From NCBI GenBank assembly GCA_025999395.1, contig AP024682.1, positions 468,680 to 532,679 of the forward strand: a stretch of 64,000 bases of DNA, read 5' to 3'. The number at the start of each line of letters is the position of its first letter. The first letter of the stretch is position 1. Below, piece after piece: positions 59,327 to 64,000 of this stretch. Both the position numbers and the translations under genes were made by a program. The stretch is from Candidatus Parcubacteria bacterium (GTDB lineage: Bacteria; Patescibacteriota; Minisyncoccia; UBA6257; JAGOQP01). Below the pieces are notes generated by a model, which did not search any database, was not told the DNA's origin, and saw only the letters and a program-made list of their open reading frames with translations.

Positions 59327-59645
59327 CTCCCTCTCCTGAGATCTTGTTTCTCTCCAGGCGAGAGAAAAGCTTTTCTAAATTAGTTTGAGCAATATCCTCC
59401 AAAGAAATTTCTAATTCTGTCGCCACCTGAGAAAGATACCATAAAACATCACCCAACTCTTTCTTAATCGCTTCTTTGGTTTCTTCGTCTACTACTCCAT
59501 TTTTATCTCGAAAAATTTTTTTTACTTTTTCGGCCACTTCTCCTGACTCTCCTACTAATCCCAAAAGAGGATAAACAAATCCCTTATCAATTACCGGGTA
59601 CTTAGCTGTCTTACGAGATTCTTTTTGATATTCTTCAAAAGTCAT
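59316..59645 (-). CDS. MazG-like nucleoside triphosphate pyrophosphohydrolase (small all-alpha NTP-PPase)
   Basis: LLGLVGESGEVAE..ELGDVLWYL EExxE/D metal-binding helices of the MazG/NTP-PPase fold. Confidence 0.7.
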   Translation of the reverse strand: MTFEEYQKESRKTAKYPVIDKGFVYPLLGLVGESGEVAEKVKKIFRDKNGVVDEETKEAIKKELGDVLWYLSQVATELEISLEDIAQTNLEKLFSRLERNKISGEGDER

Positions 59646-59698
59646 AAATAAAAGTTTTAAAATTTAATTGTAAATTAATTAAAATTTTGCCTCAAAAA

Positions 59699-60088
59699 CT
59701 ATTTTCCTTCCGAATCGTTTTTAATTTTTTGAAATAATTTTTTTATGAAGTCTAAAATAGAAAAATTTCCACTATAATCCACCAATCCTCCCTTTTTAAT
59801 CATTTTATCTTCATCTTCTTGAGGAAGAGTGCTACCAGCAAGAAGATGAAATAAAGGATTTTTTCTCACCCTTTCACCAATCTTTGAAAGAAGAAGAGAG
59901 GCAAAATTATTCATCTCCCAGAAAAAGGCTACTCTTTGATCCGGCGAAGATGATTCGTAAAAGTCTTTTACTGCTTTTCTTGCCTCCTCTAAATCTTTTT
60001 GATTAACAACCCTTTCTACTAAATTACCTTCCGAATTCTCTTTTTCAGGGGGGTAGGGATAGTTATTTTTATATCTTCTTTCTGTCAT
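59699..60088 (-). CDS. hypothetical protein (129 aa)
   Basis: Complete ORF directly downstream of tRNA-Val/Ile and upstream of the mazG-like gene; no motif. Confidence 0.45.
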   Translation of the reverse strand: MTERRYKNNYPYPPEKENSEGNLVERVVNQKDLEEARKAVKDFYESSSPDQRVAFFWEMNNFASLLLSKIGERVRKNPLFHLLAGSTLPQEDEDKMIKKGGLVDYSGNFSILDFIKKLFQKIKNDSEGK

Positions 60089-60118
60089 TATAAATATATA
60101 AGAGTAATTCTAAGTCTG

Positions 60119-60192
60119 TGCGCGTGCCCCGACTCGAACGGGGGACCTTTTGCGTGTCATGCAAACGCTCTAACCAACTGAGCTACACGCGC
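60119..60192 (-). tRNA. tRNA-Val (GAC)
   Basis: GCGCGTG acceptor, D-arm GCTC/GAGC, anticodon loop ATGACAC, T-loop TTCGAGT. Confidence 0.8.
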
Positions 60193-60208
60193 CTCTAAAG
60201 TGCTTTAG

Positions 60209-60280
60209 TGCGCAAGGGAGGGATCGAACCTCCGACCTCTGTCTTATCAGGACAGCGTTCTACCACTGAACTACTTGCGC
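60209..60280 (-). tRNA. tRNA-Ile (GAT)
   Basis: GCGCAAG acceptor, anticodon stem CTGTC/GACAG with loop CTGATAA, T-loop TTCGATC. Confidence 0.8.
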
Positions 60281-60344
60281 TTTTAAAGTTAAACTACAAA
60301 AATTTTACACCTTCTTTCCTTTTCAAGTCAATATAAAAAAATCC

Positions 60345-60581
60345 TTAATTTTTCTCCTCCTCCTGATTCAATAAACCCAAATCTTTTAAGGCTTCGAGAT
60401 TAAATCTTACAAAACTTGATGATCCACTTTTTAACTCTAGCGCAAGATTAACTTTTTTTATCAAGAAACTAATAGAGTTAACGAAAAGAAAGATTAAAAG
60501 GGTAGCCAAAAAAAATCCGATCAAACTAAAATAAATCTCTCTTTTGTTCTTTTTGAAAAAACTAAAATCTATTTTTTTCAT
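60345..60581 (-). CDS. hypothetical small membrane protein (78 aa)
   Basis: One TM helix; located upstream of tRNA-Ile. Confidence 0.35.
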   Translation of the reverse strand: MKKIDFSFFKKNKREIYFSLIGFFLATLLIFLFVNSISFLIKKVNLALELKSGSSSFVRFNLEALKDLGLLNQEEEKN

Positions 60582-60589
60582 AATTTTTA

Positions 60590-61117
60590 TTAGGAAGAAA
60601 AGAATACCTGACCGTTAATATTTATTCTTAATCTATCAGCCCCTCCATCCATTAAATCAAAAGAACTTATTTTTAAAGAATAATACTTTTCTTCAATTTC
60701 CTTCAAAAAAGCCAAAATCCCCGAAAAACTTCCTTCCAGAGAAGCAACAAAACTCACTGAGCCCAATCCTTTAGCGGAGGGAAGATCCGCTTCTTTTCCA
60801 AAATTAAAGGAAAGATTAACATTTTTTTCTTGAGCTATCTTCTGAAAGTCATTAGAAAGACTTACTAACTTATCTTTTGGCGGAATCAGAAGATTGACTC
60901 TTTCTTTATATTTTTTAGCTGTCTCCCACTCTTTGATTAAAAGAGAAAGGTTTTCAGCCGACTGAGAAAGAGCGGTTTTGCGCCCTTGTAAATCCTGAAT
61001 AACCTCAACCTGATGATTAATATCTAATCGAAAAAGAAAAAAGAAGATCAAAAAAATAACAACTGCCACCCCCACAGCAACAAGATTTTTAATAAGAGTC
61101 TTTTTAAAGTCAAGCAT
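60590..61117 (-). CDS. PilO/PilN-like bitopic membrane protein (175 aa)
   Basis: N-terminal TM, coiled-coil, then a ferredoxin-like-length C-terminal domain; divergent from dprA. Confidence 0.4.
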   Translation of the reverse strand: MLDFKKTLIKNLVAVGVAVVIFLIFFFLFRLDINHQVEVIQDLQGRKTALSQSAENLSLLIKEWETAKKYKERVNLLIPPKDKLVSLSNDFQKIAQEKNVNLSFNFGKEADLPSAKGLGSVSFVASLEGSFSGILAFLKEIEEKYYSLKISSFDLMDGGADRLRININGQVFFSS

Positions 61118-61176
61118 AACTCAAAAATCCCTTTTGAATTTTTCCTTATTATTTAAGAATTGTATAATAAAAGCCA

Positions 61177-62055
61177 ATGGAAAACAATCCAAAAGAAATC
61201 AAGCTTGTTAGAAAAGAAGATAAAAATTTCCCTTCTTCTCTAAAAAAGATATCCTCTCCCCCTAAAACTCTCTATTTTCAAGGCAAATTTGATCCCGAAG
61301 GAAAGAAGATTATCGCTATTGTAGGAACCAGAAAGCCCTCTCGGGAAGGAGAAAAAATAGCTTATCAGCTTGCTTTTGAGTTGGCTCAAAGAAAAATTAT
61401 AGTTCTTAGTGGTTTGGCTTTTGGAATAGATTGCATCGCTCACCAAGCCGCTCTTGAAGCTGGAGGAATTACTTGGGCAGTGTTAGCTTCTGGTTTGGAT
61501 AAGGTTTATCCTGCCAGTCATAAAAATCTTGCTCAAAAAATAATAGAAAAGGGGGGCTGTTTAATTTCCGAATATCCTTCCGGGGCTTTCCCTCAAACTC
61601 ACTACTTTGTTTTAAGAAATCGCTTAATTAGTGCTTTGGCAGAGGGAGTATTAGTAGTAGAAGCTCCTTTAAAATCGGGAGCTTTAATTACTGCTCATTT
61701 TGCTCTTCAACAAAAAAAGAAGTTAATGGCTGTCCCTGGCTCTCCTTTTTCTCCTAATTCTCAAGGAACTAACCAACTTATTAAAGAAGGCGCTATTTTG
61801 GTAAGAAATGCAGATGATGTTTTAGAAGAACTGAGAATAAAAACCGACACTCAACAGAAAGTTGATCTTGATTCTCTAAATTCTAAAGAAAGAAAAATTA
61901 TAGAGGTTTTAAGAGAAAAAAAGGAGTTAGATGTTGACAATCTCTGTCAACTTACTAAACTAAACTCCCAAGAATTGCTATCAGAATTATCCAAGCTAAT
62001 TATTGAGGGAAAAGTTAAGGAAAATAATCGAGGAAGATACACTCTTTCCTTTTAA
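61177..62055 (+). CDS. dprA: DNA processing protein DprA (Smf)
   Basis: Rossmann-like DprA core IAIVGTRKPS..GLAFGIDCIAHQAAL..GALITA and C-terminal winged-helix region; dprA-topA synteny. Confidence 0.9.
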   Translation: MENNPKEIKLVRKEDKNFPSSLKKISSPPKTLYFQGKFDPEGKKIIAIVGTRKPSREGEKIAYQLAFELAQRKIIVLSGLAFGIDCIAHQAALEAGGITWAVLASGLDKVYPASHKNLAQKIIEKGGCLISEYPSGAFPQTHYFVLRNRLISALAEGVLVVEAPLKSGALITAHFALQQKKKLMAVPGSPFSPNSQGTNQLIKEGAILVRNADDVLEELRIKTDTQQKVDLDSLNSKERKIIEVLREKKELDVDNLCQLTKLNSQELLSELSKLIIEGKVKENNRGRYTLSF

Positions 62056-62092
62056 ATTAAGATCAACAAAAACTTAAAAATATTTTATTAAT

Positions 62093-64000
62093 ATGAATCT
62101 TGTAATTGTTGAATCGCCTACCAAGGCTAAAACGATTAGTTCTTTTTTGGATAAAAACTACCTGGTGGTTTCCTCCTACGGACACATTCGCGATCTTCCC
62201 AAAAGCAAACTAGGAATTGATATAGAAAATAACTTTGAGCCTCACTATATTATTCCCCTTAAGGCAAAGAAAAGAGTCAAAGAACTAAAAAAAGTTTCTC
62301 AAAAAGCTAAAAAGATAATTTTAGCGACTGATGAAGATAGAGAGGGAGAAGCCATTGCTTTTCATTTAATGGAGGTTTTAAGCGCTGATTTAAAGAAAAC
62401 AAAAAAGAACAATCAAAAAGAAAGAGATTCTCTTTTTGAGAGAATTGTTTTTCACGAAATTACTCCCCAAGCAATAAAAGAAGCTCTTCTTCATCCTCGC
62501 CAAATAGATTTAAACTTGGTTGACGCTCAACAAGCCAGAAGAATTCTTGATAGATTAGTGGGCTACAGCCTTTCTCCTTTCTTATGGAAAAAGGTAGCCA
62601 AAAGGCTTTCGGCAGGAAGAGTTCAATCGGTAGCTCTAAGATTAATCGTTGAGAGAGAAAGAGAAATAAGAAGCTTTCAGCCACAAGAGTATTGGCTAAT
62701 TGAAGCTATTTTTCTTACTGAAGAAGGAAAGCAGCTGGAATCTTCCTTAATTAAAATAAACAACCAATCAATTGCCGAAGAAAGTATTCGCACTCAAGAA
62801 GAAAGCGAAGAAATTACTAAAGACTTAAAAAAGGCTTCTTTTAAAATCATTTCGGTCAATAAAAAAGAAACCAAAAGAAATCCCCTGCCTCCCTTTATCA
62901 CCAGTACCCTCCAGCAAACCGCTTTCAGCCAACTTAGATTTTCTTCAAAACAAACAATGAGAATTGCTCAATCTCTTTATGAAAAAGGATTAATTACTTA
63001 TATGAGAACTGATTCAGTTAATCTTTCTCAACAATCACTTTTTCAAGCTCAGCAATGGCTAAAAAATAATTTAGGAGAAAAGTATGCTCTCTCTCACTTT
63101 CGACAATTTAAAAACAAATCAAAAAATGCTCAAGAAGCTCACGAAGCTATTCGTCCCACCATTATTGACCTTGTCCCCAAAAGTCTAAGAAAAAAAGAGC
63201 ATCCGGCAAGTAAAAAAATAGAAACCTCTCAAGAAGAAAAACTTTATGAACTAATTTGGAGAAGATTCATTGCTTCGCAGATGCCGGAAGCCATTTTTGA
63301 TTCAACCACCATTGAAATTGAAGGGAAGGGAGAAAAAAAATACCTTTTTAGATGTAGCGGCCTTACTTTAAAATTTGATGGCTTTTTAAAAATTTGGCCC
63401 AAAAAAATTGAAGAAAAGGAAATCCCTCAGGTAAAAGAAAAACAAGCGGTTACTTTAGAAAAAGTTATTCCTAGTCAGCACTTTACTCAACCCCCTCCTC
63501 GGTATAATGAAGCTTCTTTAATTAAAAAATTAGAGGAATTGGGAATTGGACGGCCATCTACTTACGCTCCGATTATTTCGGTTATTCAAGAAAGAAATTA
63601 TGTCATTAAAAATGAACAAAAAGCTTTCCAACCCACCGAAATTGGAGAGAAAGTTAATGATATTTTAGTGGAACATTTCCCAGAGATTGTTGATATCAAC
63701 TTCACTGCCAAAATGGAAGAAGAGTTAGATGAAATTGCTCAAGGAAAACTCAAATGGCAAGAAGTGATTAGAAAATTTTATTTTCCTTTTTCAAAAAATC
63801 TTCAAGAAAAATATCAAAGCGTTCAAAACCAAAACTTTCAAGAAGAAACCGAAGAAAAGTGTGAAAAATGTGGCAAGCCTTTAAAAATAAGATTTTCCCG
63901 CTTTGGAAAGTTTTTGGGTTGCTCTGGATTTCCTGAATGTCAATTTACTAAACCTCTTAACAATAACAATTCTTTTTCTCAATCTTTAGGAAGCTGTCCC
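62093..64000 (+). CDS. topA: DNA topoisomerase I (3' end beyond window)
   Basis: Toprim N-terminus MNLVIVESPTKAKTI.., active-site Tyr region, Zn-ribbon CEKCGKPL at the window end; the frame is open to position 64000. Confidence 0.9.
   Translation, partial: MNLVIVESPTKAKTISSFLDKNYLVVSSYGHIRDLPKSKLGIDIENNFEPHYIIPLKAKKRVKELKKVSQKAKKIILATDEDREGEAIAFHLMEVLSADLKKTKKNNQKERDSLFERIVFHEITPQAIKEALLHPRQIDLNLVDAQQARRILDRLVGYSLSPFLWKKVAKRLSAGRVQSVALRLIVEREREIRSFQPQEYWLIEAIFLTEEGKQLESSLIKINNQSIAEESIRTQEESEEITKDLKKASFKIISVNKKETKRNPLPPFITSTLQQTAFSQLRFSSKQTMRIAQSLYEKGLITYMRTDSVNLSQQSLFQAQQWLKNNLGEKYALSHFRQFKNKSKNAQEAHEAIRPTIIDLVPKSLRKKEHPASKKIETSQEEKLYELIWRRFIASQMPEAIFDSTTIEIEGKGEKKYLFRCSGLTLKFDGFLKIWPKKIEEKEIPQVKEKQAVTLEKVIPSQHFTQPPPRYNEASLIKKLEELGIGRPSTYAPIISVIQERNYVIKNEQKAFQPTEIGEKVNDILVEHFPEIVDINFTAKMEEELDEIAQGKLKWQEVIRKFYFPFSKNLQEKYQSVQNQNFQEETEEKCEKCGKPLKIRFSRFGKFLGCSGFPECQFTKPLNNNNSFSQSLGSCP

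Overview
This is an AT-rich (roughly mid-30s %GC) bacterial chromosome segment with almost no intergenic space. The gene content and architecture look like a small-genome, monoderm, CPR/Patescibacteria-like organism, but that assignment is an inference. Housekeeping genes span the window: rpsP (partial), smc-rnc-nusB-rpmF, a frameshifted rnhB, dnaE, thrS, miaA, gatB, tmk, rplK-nusG-secE, gyrB, an NrnA-like DHH phosphoesterase, hsp20, rpmE, a truncated prfA, rplY, gap, pheS, rplS, an rluA-family gene, dprA and partial topA. A tRNA island carries His, Arg-TCT, Phe, Pro, Ala-GGC, Arg-CCT and Ser-CGA, and Leu-GAG, Val-GAC and Ile-GAT lie elsewhere. A single 16S rRNA gene on the minus strand has no linked 23S or 5S. 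A type IV pilus locus contains a pilM/N fusion, pilC, pilB, a major pilin, a CheY-like receiver and tandem giant LamG-domain pilins, and two further LamG or large pilin genes lie elsewhere. A sugar-phosphate cluster carries rpiB, an rpe-like gene, a split tkt, a pfkB-family kinase and a class II fba. There is also a block of secreted or cell-wall-associated proteins. I found no CRISPR array, no mobile element and no recognisable defence system. The most unusual observations are: (1) the 16S 3' tail conserves helix 45 but reads GAAACAACUAAUUU in place of the CCUCC anti-Shine-Dalgarno, and no start codon I checked has an SD; (2) an RF1 homolog that lacks domain 1; (3) an rnhB broken by an indel in an A8 run; (4) several cassettes of unannotatable proteins (11.1-12.8 kb, 41.0-42.3 kb, 58.4-60.1 kb); (5) coding sequences that start right after tRNA 3' ends, including a membrane-domain-only MgtE homolog.
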